Notes: generated by a model from the letters alone, not told the origin. A DNA stretch of 64,000 nucleotides from Clostridia bacterium (GCA_045643465.1 JAZUKV010000010.1:6412-70411), one strand, 5' to 3'; counted from the first letter of the stretch, positions 9,740 through 20,483 are shown. Translations and numbers: made by a program.

Positions 9740-9956
9740 TTACAAATTACATGTATGTTAGTTAGAGCATAAGTTAAAAAGGGCCTAGATATAATGTCTA
9801 GGTCCCTTTTTTTGAGCTTTTTAAAAAGCATAAATATTGACGGATTTTAAAGCAATATGATAATATAAAAATTATAAAGATGAGTATTAATTAAATTCTA
9901 TTTAATGGATTAAGGTTAGATGATATTAATTTTAAGAAGGAGCGTATATAATAAAT

Positions 9957-10688
9957 ATGGAAAATATAAAAAAGATAAAAAAATATTGGGAATTGGTAAT
10001 AATAGCTTTACTATTGTTCATTATTCAAACAATAGCTTCTAAAGTAGGCGGCTTGTTGGCAGGTTGTATTGATTATATGAAGTTTGATTCAGATAATGTA
10101 TTTTTATTTAAGTCAATTCATCATATAGTTCAAGCTCTTATAGCTTTAGCAATAATATTAATTTTTTCTAAAATAAAAAAAGAATCATTTCATCTTAAAC
10201 CAGTTAAAAGTAAAGTGGGTATAAAGTATACAATAATATTTTGTGTAGTAATATTTGTCTATGTAGTAGTTTCATATCTTGTTGGAATTAAAACGGGGAT
10301 GATTACTCCATATAATTATGAATTGAATGCACATAATTGTTTGGGGGATTTAGGATTTCAAATATTATTATCAGGACCATCAGAAGAGATTTTGTTTAGA
10401 GCATTTCCAATAACAATATTGTGTATGCTTAATATTTCTGAAAAGAAGAAAGAGTGGCTTGCTATATTGATATCAGCAGTATTTTTCGGAATGGCTCATA
10501 TTAGTTGGAACATAAATCCGTTTTCTATATCATTTTCATGGTTCCAGGTAGTTTATGCAACTATACTTGGAATTGTTTATGGAATAACATACGTAAAGTC
10601 AAAGAGCGTAATTTATCCTATGATAATGCACAGTATGAGTAATATTATTATGGATGGAGTTGGATTTTTGATATTTGGCGTTATGTAG
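9957..10688 (+). CDS. CPBP-family intramembrane glutamic endopeptidase (CAAX protease-like)
   Basis: Motifs SEEILFRAF, FGMAHI and HSMSN in a polytopic membrane protein. Confidence 0.85.
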   Translation: MENIKKIKKYWELVIIALLLFIIQTIASKVGGLLAGCIDYMKFDSDNVFLFKSIHHIVQALIALAIILIFSKIKKESFHLKPVKSKVGIKYTIIFCVVIFVYVVVSYLVGIKTGMITPYNYELNAHNCLGDLGFQILLSGPSEEILFRAFPITILCMLNISEKKKEWLAILISAVFFGMAHISWNINPFSISFSWFQVVYATILGIVYGITYVKSKSVIYPMIMHSMSNIIMDGVGFLIFGVM

Positions 10689-10784
10689 AGAATATAATTT
10701 GAAAGGAATATTTTTTATGAATAATATATATGAATTTTTTATAGCAGGGAGAGCTAGAAATAAAGAAGCTCATTAGAGCTTCTT

Positions 10785-10982
10785 TTATTTAGAATTATTT
10801 TTACACATATTTTCAAATTCTTTACACTTAATTTTATATTCCATCTGTTGTGATAAATATCTGTAATACATATAGGCTTGCTCATATTGAATTGATGGAT
10901 TAAAAAAATTATTATCATTTGTATCTATATTATTATCAAATTGAGGATAACCAGTGTATCCATTATAATTATTATATTCCAT
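10785..10982 (-). CDS. Hypothetical small N/Y-rich protein (65 aa)
   Basis: ORF with GGAGG RBS (rc of 10987-10993) and a downstream hairpin. No family recognised. Confidence 0.5.
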   Translation of the reverse strand: MEYNNYNGYTGYPQFDNNIDTNDNNFFNPSIQYEQAYMYYRYLSQQMEYKIKCKEFENMCKNNSK

Positions 10983-11045
10983 AAGATACCTCCATAATTA
11001 AATTATATTAAAATAGTATTTTGAATATGAAAAATTTTATTTGTA

Positions 11046-12096
11046 TTAAAGATTAAGATTAAAAATTGGTACAAAATAAATTAATAAAGCAGTATAAATT
11101 GTTGCAATTATTCCTTGAAGGAGCTTACCATAAAAATATTTGTTTATTTTTAAGTTGGCTTTAGAGATAATACTTAATACTTGTAACAACACAGAAAAAC
11201 CACCGAATCCTAATAAAAATGCGCAGAGTAAGATATTAATGGAAAGCTCTTTTATGTGAAGGTTAGCAGCTAAATTAATACCATTTGTCAGCTCTATTAT
11301 TCCTGTAAGTAGGCTTGATGTTATGTTAGAGGGGATATTTAAACTTGATAAAGCTATTGAAACGTTTTTTATAATATTTAATCTGTTTATAATAGATAAT
11401 ATTACTGAAAATAAAACTACAAATCCTCCTATTTGAAATATTGTATTTGTTGCTTTAGTAATACTATTTCCAAAAATTGTTCCAAGATTTGAAATTGTTG
11501 CAGGTATTTTTGTTTCAGTATTATTATAAGTAATAAGTTTATTCTTTGAAGTAGTTTTGTTATGATTTTTTGAAGTTATTTTGGATACAAAGCCAAATAT
11601 AATTCCAACAGTTAAACTAGATAAAATATGTGTAAGTAAAAGTAAGATGCCTATTGAAGAATTTCCAAATAATAAAATACCAACTGTCCCAATTATGAAT
11701 AATGGCCCGGAATTATTGGTAAAACAAAGTAGACGCTCAGCTTCATCTTTTGAAAAAGTTCCATTTTCATATAAATCAGTTACAATTTTAGCTCCTACAG
11801 GATATCCACTAATGATGCCCATTATTAAAACATATCCGGGCTTCTCCAGGTACATTAAATAAAGGTTTCATAATTTTATTTAAAAGTTTGCCGAAGATAA
11901 TAGTAATATTTGTATAGTTAAGAAGTTCTGTGGCTATAAAAAATGGAAAAAGTGAGGGCACAACACATGTTGCCCACAGTGTAATTCCACTTTTGGCGGC
12001 TATTAAATTATTATTAGAAAATATTACTAAAAAAAATAAAAAAAGAATAAAAAATATTGTTAATATATTTCTTTTTAATATAATAAAAAATTTCAT
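11046..12096 (-). pseudogene. ylbJ: Sporulation integral membrane protein YlbJ (nucleoside-recognition domain), disrupted by a 1-nt frameshift
   Basis: The N-terminal ORF ends ...KPLFNVPGEA then RICFNNGHH-stop. The second ORF continues GYVLIMGIISGYPVGAKI...DEAERLLCFTNNSGPLFIIG in the +1 frame. Removing one C from the CCC run (plus-strand GGG 11838-11840) gives a continuous VPGEAGYVLIMG. Confidence 0.8.
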
Positions 12097-12221
12097 TTTA
12101 AATTCCTCAAATGTGTTTTTTTTATTATATTAAAAAGTTTTTTTTTATAGAACATACAATGCAATAGTAAAAAATGAATATTTTTGATATAATGGAACAA
12201 AAAATTTGAGAGGTAAAAGTT

Positions 12222-13112
12222 ATGGAGATAATAGTAGGAAAAACATCAGGTTTTTGTTATGGTGTAAAAAATGCTGTAGATAAATCAACAGAATTAATTG
12301 AAAAAAATTCTAATATTTGTTGTCTAGGAGAAATTGTTCATAATAAAGATGTTGTAAATGAGCTAAAAGATAAAGGAATGAATTTTATAGAGCATTTGAA
12401 CGATAATAAAGATAAATATGATACTATAATTAGAGCACATGGAGTTACAAAAGAAGTTTATAGCCAAGCTAATAAGTTGAATATAAAGTTAGTTGATTTA
12501 ACCTGTCCAAATGTTTTGAAGATACATAAATTAGTAGATGAACATTATAATAATGGTTATTTTATATTTTTGATAGGAACAAAGACTCATCCTGAAACTG
12601 TTGGTACAGCGAGCTTTTTTGAAAATAATGGAGCAATTATTAGTGAAATAGAAGATATTGCAATTGCAGTGGATAAATTTAAGAAAACATCAATGAAAAA
12701 AATTTTGATTGTTGTGCAAACTACATTTAGCTTGCAAAAATTTGAAGAAATTTGTTCAGAAGTGAGAGAACAATTAATAAATTATAGTGTGGATAATCAA
12801 AATAATTTTGATGTGAATAGTGATTTAAAAATTGTAAATACTATTTGTTATACAACAAAGCAAAGACAAGAAGAGACTATGGAGCTTTCACAAAAAGTGG
12901 AATGTATGATTATAATTGGTGGAAAAAATAGTTCAAATACTAAAAAATTATATGAAATAGCTGAAAAAAATTGTAAGGATGCTATTTGTATTGAAAATAT
13001 TAATGAAATTAATAAAGAAAGTTTTTATGCATACAATAAAATTGGAATAATGGCAGGAGCATCAACTCCTCAAAAAATTGTGAATGAAATAGTCGAATAT
13101 TTGTTAAAGTAA
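12222..13112 (+). CDS. ispH: 4-hydroxy-3-methylbut-2-enyl diphosphate reductase
   Basis: GFCYGVKNAV N-terminus, conserved Cys positions and HN/SSNT motifs. Stand-alone, not fused to S1. Confidence 0.9.
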   Translation: MEIIVGKTSGFCYGVKNAVDKSTELIEKNSNICCLGEIVHNKDVVNELKDKGMNFIEHLNDNKDKYDTIIRAHGVTKEVYSQANKLNIKLVDLTCPNVLKIHKLVDEHYNNGYFIFLIGTKTHPETVGTASFFENNGAIISEIEDIAIAVDKFKKTSMKKILIVVQTTFSLQKFEEICSEVREQLINYSVDNQNNFDVNSDLKIVNTICYTTKQRQEETMELSQKVECMIIIGGKNSSNTKKLYEIAEKNCKDAICIENINEINKESFYAYNKIGIMAGASTPQKIVNEIVEYLLK

Positions 13113-13188
13113 TAGGATTTTGTTACTATTGACTACAGAACATTTTTTTGGTAGTATATATGTATTATTTGCTAAGGAGGAATTGATT

Positions 13189-13440
13189 ATGGAGTATATT
13201 TATAGACCTGAAGGAGTATGTTCAACATCAATGTTGTTCGATATTGAGGATAACATTGTTAAAAGCTTAAAAGTAATGGGGGGTTGCCATGGAAATTTAC
13301 AAGGAATTGGTAAATTAATAATTGGTATGAACATTGATGAGGTAATTAGTAAATTAAAAGGTATTAGATGTGGATTTAAACCTACTTCATGTCCAGATCA
13401 AATCGCAAAAGCCTTAGAAGAATATAAAAGTTCAATGTAA
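13189..13440 (+). CDS. TSCPD-domain protein (TIGR03905-like)
   Basis: AAGGAGG RBS 8 nt before the ATG at 13189. MEYIYRPEGVCS...GGCHGNLQGI...KPTSCPDQIAKAL. Confidence 0.8.
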   Translation: MEYIYRPEGVCSTSMLFDIEDNIVKSLKVMGGCHGNLQGIGKLIIGMNIDEVISKLKGIRCGFKPTSCPDQIAKALEEYKSSM

Positions 13441-13457
13441 AAGGAGTTCTTAACGAA

Positions 13458-16400
13458 ATGAATGAACTTTATAAAGACTTACAAGAAAGTCAAAAATTTT
13501 TAGAAATAATAACGAATATTAAAAATAATAGGGGCCCGATAACCATATCGGGCTTATCTGACGTTGGAGAAGTTCAGTTTATAAGTGGTCTAAAAGATAG
13601 CTTAAATAAAAAGATTTGTATTGTTACATATAATGAATTACAAGCTAAGAGAATAGCACGTGATTTAAAATATTTTTATGATAATATAGATATTTTTACA
13701 AAAAGAGAAATTGCAACATATGATTATCTAGTTGAAAGTAAAGATCTTCCATTTGAAAGAATTGAAGTTTTAAACAGAATCAAACAAAATAAAGTTGATA
13801 TAGTTATTACTACTATTGAAGCTATTATGCAAAAAATGATTGCTAAAGAAACTTTGTATAAGAATATTTTAAAATTAAAAGTGGGAAATACTTGTAAGCT
13901 AGATGATTTAAAAAGTTATTTAATAAATCTAGGATATGAACGCTCTGATATGGTTGAAGGTAATGCTCAATTTTGTATAAGAGGTGGAATTGCAGATATT
14001 TCTTTAAATGAAAAACAGGGGATTAGAATTGAATTTTGGGGAGACGAAATTGATTCTATAAGAAAATTCGATATAATATCTCAAAGATCAATTGAGATGA
14101 CGGATTCTATTGATATATATCCATGTCATGAATTTATTTTAGAGCAAGATTTTGAAGACTTAAAAAGAAAAATTAAAAATTATAAAAAGTGCAGTGAAGA
14201 AGATTATGAGCTTATACAAAGTGGGAATTATTTAAGTAAAGTAGATAAATATTTCGATTGTTTTTATGAAAAGCAAAATGATTTTTTAGATTATTTAGAT
14301 AAAAATTTTATAGTAATTGTTGATGAAGAAACAAAAATAAAACAAAGAATAGAAAACATAAAAATAGATACGAATAACTTAATTCATAATTTATTAGATA
14401 AAGGCAGAGCTGTTCCAGATGTGTATGAATATATTAATTCATATAAGTATTCATTAGAAAACATATATCATATAGATATAGAAAAAACTGATATTTCGTA
14501 TGGAAATAATATTTATAATTTCAGTTATAGAGATGTTAATTACTATAGAGCGGAAACTGAAATATTATTGAATCAATTGAAAGAATCATTGGAGCTAAAA
14601 CGCAAAATTATAATATTAGGTGGATCTGAAGAAAATGCTAGAAAAATTTCAATTCTGCTTACAGATAATGATATTAATCATAGATATTCAAAAGCTCTAG
14701 AAAATGTACAATTTGGAGAAATTGTTGTAACTACTGGAGCTTTGAGCTCTGGATTTGAATGTAAAGATACAAAGTTATTGGTTATAAGTAGTGATGAGTT
14801 TTTTATAGCTAAAACTAAAAAAAGAAAATCTAGTAAAGTATTTAAAGAGAGCGAAAAAGTTGTTTTTGCTGATTTAAAAATTGGTGATTATGTTGTTCAT
14901 AAAATTCATGGAATTGGGCAATATATAGGTGTAAATACAATAAAAACTGAAAATGTAACAAAAGATTATATTAAAATTAGATATAAAAATGATGATATTT
15001 TGTACGTTCCAACAAGTTCATTAGATACAGTTAGAAAATATGTTGGCGGAGAAGCGGCTCCTAAAATTTATAAATTAGGTGGAAAAGATTGGTCAAATAC
15101 GAAAGCTAAAGTTAAAAGCAATTTGCGTGAAGTAGCAAAAGAATTGATTGAATTATATGCAAAACGTCAAAAAGTAAGAGGTCATGCTTTTTCAAAAGAT
15201 AATGAATGGCAAAGTCAATTTGAAAATAGTTTTCAATATAATGAAACAGATGATCAACTTCGTTGTATAGAAGAAGTTAAAAAAGATATGGAGAATGAAA
15301 AACCTATGGATAGACTTCTTTGTGGTGATGTTGGTTATGGAAAAACTGAAGTCGCAATAAGAGCTGCATTTAAAGCTGTAATGGACCAAAAACAAGTTGT
15401 TTACTTAGTTCCAACAACAGTTTTGGCAGATCAACAATATGAAAATTTTAAAGAGCGTATGAAGGAATATCCAATTAGAGTTGAAGTGTTAAATAGATTT
15501 AAAACTAAAAAAGAGCAAGATGAGATTGTTAAAAAATTAAAACTTGGAGAAATCGACGTAGTTATTGGAACACATAGAGTTTTGAGTCAGGATGTTGAAT
15601 TTAAAGATTTGGGGCTTTTGATTATTGATGAAGAGCATAGATTCGGTGTTAAAGATAAAGAAAAGATAAAACAATATAAGGCAACTGTAGATGTATTAAC
15701 AATGACAGCAACACCAATCCCAAGAACTTTGCATATGTCAATTGTGGGTGTAAGGGATATGTCTGTTATATATGAACCACCACAAAATAGAAGGCCAGTT
15801 CAAACTTATGTTATGGAATATGATGCAGAAGTTGTAAAAGAAGCTATAACAAAAGAGCTTGAACGTGGTGGGCAAGTATTTTATTTGTATAATAATGTTG
15901 AAGGTATTGAAAAAAAATCTTTAGAAATAGCAAATTTAGTAGATGAAGCAAAAGTTAGTTTTGCACATGGAAAAATGACTGGTAAAGAAATTGAAGAAAT
16001 AATGTTTGATTTTGTAAGTCAAAAGACAAATGTTTTAGTATGTACAACAATATTAGAATCAGGAATTGATATACCAAATGCAAATACAATAATTGTTGAA
16101 AATGCAGAGCGATTAGGATTAGCACAGTTATATCAAATAAGAGGAAGAGTTGGACGTAGTAATAAACAGGCATATGCTTATATTATGTATAGACGAGATA
16201 AAGTTTTGTCAGAGATTGCAGATAAAAGGTTAAAATCAATAAAAGAGTTTACAGAATTTGGTTCAGGGTTTAAAATAGCAATGAGAGATTTGGAAATAAG
16301 AGGGGCAGGAAGTTTACTTGGAGAAATTCAACATGGTCATATGGAACAAGTAGGATATGATATGTATTGTAAATTATTAGATGAAGTAGTAAAAGAAATG

Positions 16401-16850
16401 CAAGGATATGATATACAAGAAGATATTGATGTTCAAATTGATCTTAATATATCAAGTTATATTCCAGATGAATTTATTAGTGATTCAAGTCAAAAAATAG
16501 AAATATACCAAGATATAGCATTATGTTCAACAGAAGAGCAAATACAAGATATTATAGATGAAATAATAGATAGGTATGGAGTAATGCCAGATGAATTAGA
16601 AAATCTTATAGAAATAGCAAGAATAAAAAATCTTGCAAAAGAAGCAAATGTAATTAAAATAGCTCAAAAAGGTGAAAATTTTGTATTTTATTTTAATCAG
16701 AAAAAATTTGACATGGATATATCAGCATTGGTAGAAAAATATAAAAACAACATTATGTTTTCACAAGCAAAAGATCCATATATTACATTAAGAATAAAAG
16801 AAAACGTTGATAAGAAAAAATTAGAAGCTATAAAAGAATTTTTAAAATAA
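13458..16850 (+). CDS. mfd: Transcription-repair coupling factor
   Basis: 1130 aa. CarD-like domain (GDYVVHKIHGIGQY), helicase motifs GDVGYGKTEVA, DEEHRFGV, TATPIPRTL, QLYQIRGRVGRS. Confidence 0.97.
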   Translation: MNELYKDLQESQKFLEIITNIKNNRGPITISGLSDVGEVQFISGLKDSLNKKICIVTYNELQAKRIARDLKYFYDNIDIFTKREIATYDYLVESKDLPFERIEVLNRIKQNKVDIVITTIEAIMQKMIAKETLYKNILKLKVGNTCKLDDLKSYLINLGYERSDMVEGNAQFCIRGGIADISLNEKQGIRIEFWGDEIDSIRKFDIISQRSIEMTDSIDIYPCHEFILEQDFEDLKRKIKNYKKCSEEDYELIQSGNYLSKVDKYFDCFYEKQNDFLDYLDKNFIVIVDEETKIKQRIENIKIDTNNLIHNLLDKGRAVPDVYEYINSYKYSLENIYHIDIEKTDISYGNNIYNFSYRDVNYYRAETEILLNQLKESLELKRKIIILGGSEENARKISILLTDNDINHRYSKALENVQFGEIVVTTGALSSGFECKDTKLLVISSDEFFIAKTKKRKSSKVFKESEKVVFADLKIGDYVVHKIHGIGQYIGVNTIKTENVTKDYIKIRYKNDDILYVPTSSLDTVRKYVGGEAAPKIYKLGGKDWSNTKAKVKSNLREVAKELIELYAKRQKVRGHAFSKDNEWQSQFENSFQYNETDDQLRCIEEVKKDMENEKPMDRLLCGDVGYGKTEVAIRAAFKAVMDQKQVVYLVPTTVLADQQYENFKERMKEYPIRVEVLNRFKTKKEQDEIVKKLKLGEIDVVIGTHRVLSQDVEFKDLGLLIIDEEHRFGVKDKEKIKQYKATVDVLTMTATPIPRTLHMSIVGVRDMSVIYEPPQNRRPVQTYVMEYDAEVVKEAITKELERGGQVFYLYNNVEGIEKKSLEIANLVDEAKVSFAHGKMTGKEIEEIMFDFVSQKTNVLVCTTILESGIDIPNANTIIVENAERLGLAQLYQIRGRVGRSNKQAYAYIMYRRDKVLSEIADKRLKSIKEFTEFGSGFKIAMRDLEIRGAGSLLGEIQHGHMEQVGYDMYCKLLDEVVKEMQGYDIQEDIDVQIDLNISSYIPDEFISDSSQKIEIYQDIALCSTEEQIQDIIDEIIDRYGVMPDELENLIEIARIKNLAKEANVIKIAQKGENFVFYFNQKKFDMDISALVEKYKNNIMFSQAKDPYITLRIKENVDKKKLEAIKEFLK

Positions 16851-16858
16851 AAGGTGGT

Positions 16859-16922
16859 GGTGGAAACCGGGACGGTTCTCTTTTCCACTTTTGTGGAAAA
16901 GAGACCCGTCCCGGTTTCCACC
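16859..16922. repeat. GC-rich long palindrome, copy 1 (30-bp arms, 1 mismatch, TTTT loop)
   Basis: GGTGGAAACCGGGACGGTTCTCTTTTCCAC-TTTT-GTGGAAAAGAGACCCGTCCCGGTTTCCACC, located between mfd and the next gene. Confidence 0.95.
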
Positions 16923-16947
16923 ATAGAGAAGAAAGGAATTTTAGTAT

Positions 16948-17739
16948 ATGCAAGTTATAACAAGTAAGGATAATGAATTAGTTAAAAGTGTTAAAAAGCT
17001 TAAAGAAAAAAAATATAGAGATGCTTATAACAAGTATATTATTGAAGGAGTCAAGTTAGTTGGAGAAGCTATTCAAGAAAATGCAGAGATTGAGTGCGTT
17101 ATTATATGTGAAGATTGCATGAAGGAAGAAATTTTTGACAAAAAATTAATGTATGAAATTGCTAAATTGAATTGTGTTTACGTTAGTGGGAAGGTTTTTT
17201 CAACTATAACTGATGTGTCAAATCCTCAAGGAATACTTGCTGTAATAAAAAGAGCTGAAAAGTCTGTTAAGATTAATTATGATGAGGATGTTATTATTGT
17301 TCTTGATGGTATACAAGATCCAGGTAATCTTGGAACTATTTTAAGAACGGTTGATAGCGCTAATTTAAAACAAATAGTTATTTCTAATGATACTGCAGAT
17401 GCTTTTAATGCTAAAGTGGTAAGGTCTACAATGGGGGCAATTTTTAGAGTTAATATAATTGAATCACAAGATTTAATTAAAGATTTGGTTAATATGAAGT
17501 CTCATGGTTATGGCGTTGTCGTAACTTCTTTGGATACAAATGATTCTGTTTATGATATTGATTATCATAAAAAGGTTATTGTTATAGGTAATGAAGCTAA
17601 TGGAGTATCTAAAGAAGTTCAAGAGCTGGCTGATAATAAAGTTAAAATTCCTATGCTTGGAAAAACAGAAAGCTTGAATGCTTCTGTAGCAGCTGGAATT
17701 ATGATTTATGAATATGTTAGATCAAAATTAGGAAAATAA
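16948..17739 (+). CDS. TrmH/SpoU-family RNA 2'-O-methyltransferase
   Basis: SpoU motifs VLDGIQDPGNLGTILRT, IGNEANGVS, SLNASVAAGIMIYE. Confidence 0.85.
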   Translation: MQVITSKDNELVKSVKKLKEKKYRDAYNKYIIEGVKLVGEAIQENAEIECVIICEDCMKEEIFDKKLMYEIAKLNCVYVSGKVFSTITDVSNPQGILAVIKRAEKSVKINYDEDVIIVLDGIQDPGNLGTILRTVDSANLKQIVISNDTADAFNAKVVRSTMGAIFRVNIIESQDLIKDLVNMKSHGYGVVVTSLDTNDSVYDIDYHKKVIVIGNEANGVSKEVQELADNKVKIPMLGKTESLNASVAAGIMIYEYVRSKLGK

Positions 17740-17758
17740 AATATTAGGAGGAATAGAT

Positions 17759-18304
17759 ATGTTAGAAAATAAACCAATAGTTACAATAGAAATGGAAAAC
17801 GGAGGAATTATTAAATTAGAGCTATATCCAGATAAAGCTCCTGAGACTGTAAAGAATTTTATATCACTTGTTAATAAAAATTTTTATGATGGATTAATCT
17901 TCCATAGAACAATTCCTGGTTTTATGGCACAAGGAGGAGATCCTGAAGGATCTGGTATGGGAGGTCCTGGATATAAAATTAAAGGAGAATTTAGAGAAAA
18001 TAATTTCAATAATGTGATTTCTCATGTTAGAGGTGTTATTTCTATGGCAAGAGGAATGATAAGAGATAGTGCAGGTTCACAATTTTTTATCGTAACAGAT
18101 GATTCAACATTTTTAGATGGAAAATATGCTGCTTTTGGAATGGTAACAGAAGGTATGGATGTTGTTGACAAAATTGTAAATTCTGAAGTAATTTCAAGAA
18201 ATCCAAGATCAGAAGGAGCAGATAGACCAATAAATCCGCCAGTTATGAAAAGAGTAACTGTAGATACTTTTGGCATTCAATATGAAGAGCCAACAAAATT
18301 ATAA
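17759..18304 (+). CDS. Cyclophilin-type peptidyl-prolyl cis-trans isomerase
   Basis: FHRTIPGFMAQGGDP and SQFFIV motifs. Confidence 0.92.
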   Translation: MLENKPIVTIEMENGGIIKLELYPDKAPETVKNFISLVNKNFYDGLIFHRTIPGFMAQGGDPEGSGMGGPGYKIKGEFRENNFNNVISHVRGVISMARGMIRDSAGSQFFIVTDDSTFLDGKYAAFGMVTEGMDVVDKIVNSEVISRNPRSEGADRPINPPVMKRVTVDTFGIQYEEPTKL

Positions 18305-18311
18305 TTTTTTA

Positions 18312-18351
18312 GCACAGTGCAAAATAATAATTTTCGCACTGTGCATTTTTT
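18312..18351 (+). terminator. Rho-independent terminator
   Basis: GCACAGTGC / GCACTGTGC stem plus T-run. Confidence 0.7.
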
Positions 18352-18419
18352 ATATTCTATAATTGATTCTTTGTAGTATTATATATATAATACGTATATA
18401 TAAGAAAAGGAGAAATTTT

Positions 18420-20483
18420 ATGAGTAAATATACATATATTTTAAAAGATTTGGATTGTGCAAATTGTGCAAATAAAATTCAAAATGAGTTATCAAAAAAT
18501 AATGAGATAAAAAATGTTAGCGTTAATTTTAATACATTAAAACTAGTATATGAAACAGATACATTAACAAAGGATGATGTTGAAAAAATTGTGCAATCAA
18601 TAGAGCCTGAAGTTACATTAATTTTACCTAAAAATAGTGATAAAAAGAAGTCGGTAAATATATTACCTGAATTTATAAGATTAATTGTTGGAATAATTAT
18701 ATCAATATGTGGATTATTTGTTACTATGCCAAGCTGGACTAAATATATTGTAACAGCAGTAGGATATTCAATTTTATTATATAGAACTGTAAAAAATGCA
18801 GTGAAATTGTTGGTAAAGAATCACAAAATAAATGAAAATTTCTTAATAACAATTTCTGTTATAGGTGCATATCTAGTAGGAGAGCAATTTGAAGGTTTAA
18901 TGGTTATAGTGTTATATGAGATTGGAAAAATTTTAGAAAATAAAGCTATTAATCGAACAAGAAAATCTATAGCTGAGCTAATGGATATACGTCCAGAATA
19001 TGCCAATTTAAAGGTTTCTGAAAATGAAATAAAACAAATTTCTCCAGAAGAAGTAAATATTGGAGATATAATATTAATAAAACAAGGAGAAAAAGTTGCG
19101 ATTGATGGTGTAGTAGTAAAAGGAGCTGCATCATTAGATACATCATCACTAACAGGAGAAAGCTTATTATCGCACGTATGTGTAGGGGATGAAGTATTAT
19201 CAGGAAGTATAAATGAGCAAGGGTTTATAGAAATTAAAGTAACAAAAGATTATAAAAACAGTACAGTTAATAAAATATTAGAGCTAGTAGAAAATGCTAC
19301 AGATAAAAAAGCTAAAACTGAGACTGCAGTGAATAAATTTTCTAAATTTTATACGCCTATAGTATTGTTTTTGGCAATTATTGTAGCAATAGTTTTGCCA
19401 ATTTTTAATAAAGATATTACATATATGCAAAGTATTTATAGAGCTTTGATTTTCTTAGTAATCTCTTGCCCTTGTGCTATAGCAATATCAGTTCCACTTA
19501 GCTATTTTTCAGGTATTGGTAAATCTTCAAAATGTGGAGTTCTAATAAAAGGTAGCGATTATTTAGATTCTTTAAGAAATATTAAGGAAATTGTGTTTGA
19601 TAAAACTGGAACTTTAACTAAAGGAAAATTTGAAATTAGAAAAATAGAAACATTTGATAAAAACTATTCAGAAGAAGAGATATTAAGATATGCTGCAATT
19701 GGTGAACATTTTTCAAATCATCCGATTGCTAAATCAATATTAAAATCTGCTAAAGTTGATTTTAATAAAGAAGATGTTAAAGATTTTGAAGAGCTAAAAG
19801 GAAAAGGTTTAAGATATAAATTTGAAGGTAAAACTATATTAGTTGGAAATTCAGTATTAGTAGATTATACAAAAGATAAAACTGAAGGAACAAAAATATT
19901 TGTAAAATTAAATGATACTGTAATAGGAGCGATTAGCTTAGCAGATACAATAAAAGAAGGAACTAAAGATTCTTTAGATAAATTAAAAGAGCAGAATATA
20001 AATATTAGAATTTTTACAGGAGATAATAATAGAATTGCTTCAAGAGTAGCAGAAGAGCTTGAAATAGCTAATTTTCAGTCTGAAATGTTACCCGAAGATA
20101 AATATAAGGCCGTAGAAAAAATAATTAAAAAATATGAAAAGACAAATGATAAGGTAGCTTTTGTTGGTGATGGAATAAATGATTCTCCAGTACTTGCTTT
20201 GTCAGATATTGGAATATCTATGGGTGGAGTAGGAGCACATTCTGCAATTGAAGCATCAGATGTAGTTATAATGACTGATTCAATTGAAAAAATAAATGAA
20301 GCCATAGAAATTTCAAAGAAAACTAATAAAATAATTAAACAAAATTTAGTTTTTGCAATTTCAATAAAAATAATTATTTTGATACTAAGTACTATAGGGT
20401 TTGCAGGAATGTGGCAAGCAATTTTTGCAGATGTTGGAGTTACATTGTTAACAATACTTAATACATTAAGAATATTAAAATAG
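18420..20483 (+). CDS. Heavy-metal (Cd/Zn/Co-type) translocating P1B-type ATPase
   Basis: AAAGGAG RBS before the ATG at 18420. N-terminal HMA domain with CANC, then CPC (SCPCAIAIS), DKTGTLT, GDGINDSP. Confidence 0.92.
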   Translation: MSKYTYILKDLDCANCANKIQNELSKNNEIKNVSVNFNTLKLVYETDTLTKDDVEKIVQSIEPEVTLILPKNSDKKKSVNILPEFIRLIVGIIISICGLFVTMPSWTKYIVTAVGYSILLYRTVKNAVKLLVKNHKINENFLITISVIGAYLVGEQFEGLMVIVLYEIGKILENKAINRTRKSIAELMDIRPEYANLKVSENEIKQISPEEVNIGDIILIKQGEKVAIDGVVVKGAASLDTSSLTGESLLSHVCVGDEVLSGSINEQGFIEIKVTKDYKNSTVNKILELVENATDKKAKTETAVNKFSKFYTPIVLFLAIIVAIVLPIFNKDITYMQSIYRALIFLVISCPCAIAISVPLSYFSGIGKSSKCGVLIKGSDYLDSLRNIKEIVFDKTGTLTKGKFEIRKIETFDKNYSEEEILRYAAIGEHFSNHPIAKSILKSAKVDFNKEDVKDFEELKGKGLRYKFEGKTILVGNSVLVDYTKDKTEGTKIFVKLNDTVIGAISLADTIKEGTKDSLDKLKEQNINIRIFTGDNNRIASRVAEELEIANFQSEMLPEDKYKAVEKIIKKYEKTNDKVAFVGDGINDSPVLALSDIGISMGGVGAHSAIEASDVVIMTDSIEKINEAIEISKKTNKIIKQNLVFAISIKIIILILSTIGFAGMWQAIFADVGVTLLTILNTLRILK

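Noticed and set aside
18380-18412. TATATA-rich inverted repeat upstream of the P-type ATPase, considered as a possible ArsR/SmtB-type metal-sensor operator.
   Set aside because: Pure TA low-complexity sequence. No adjacent metalloregulator gene is present in the window.
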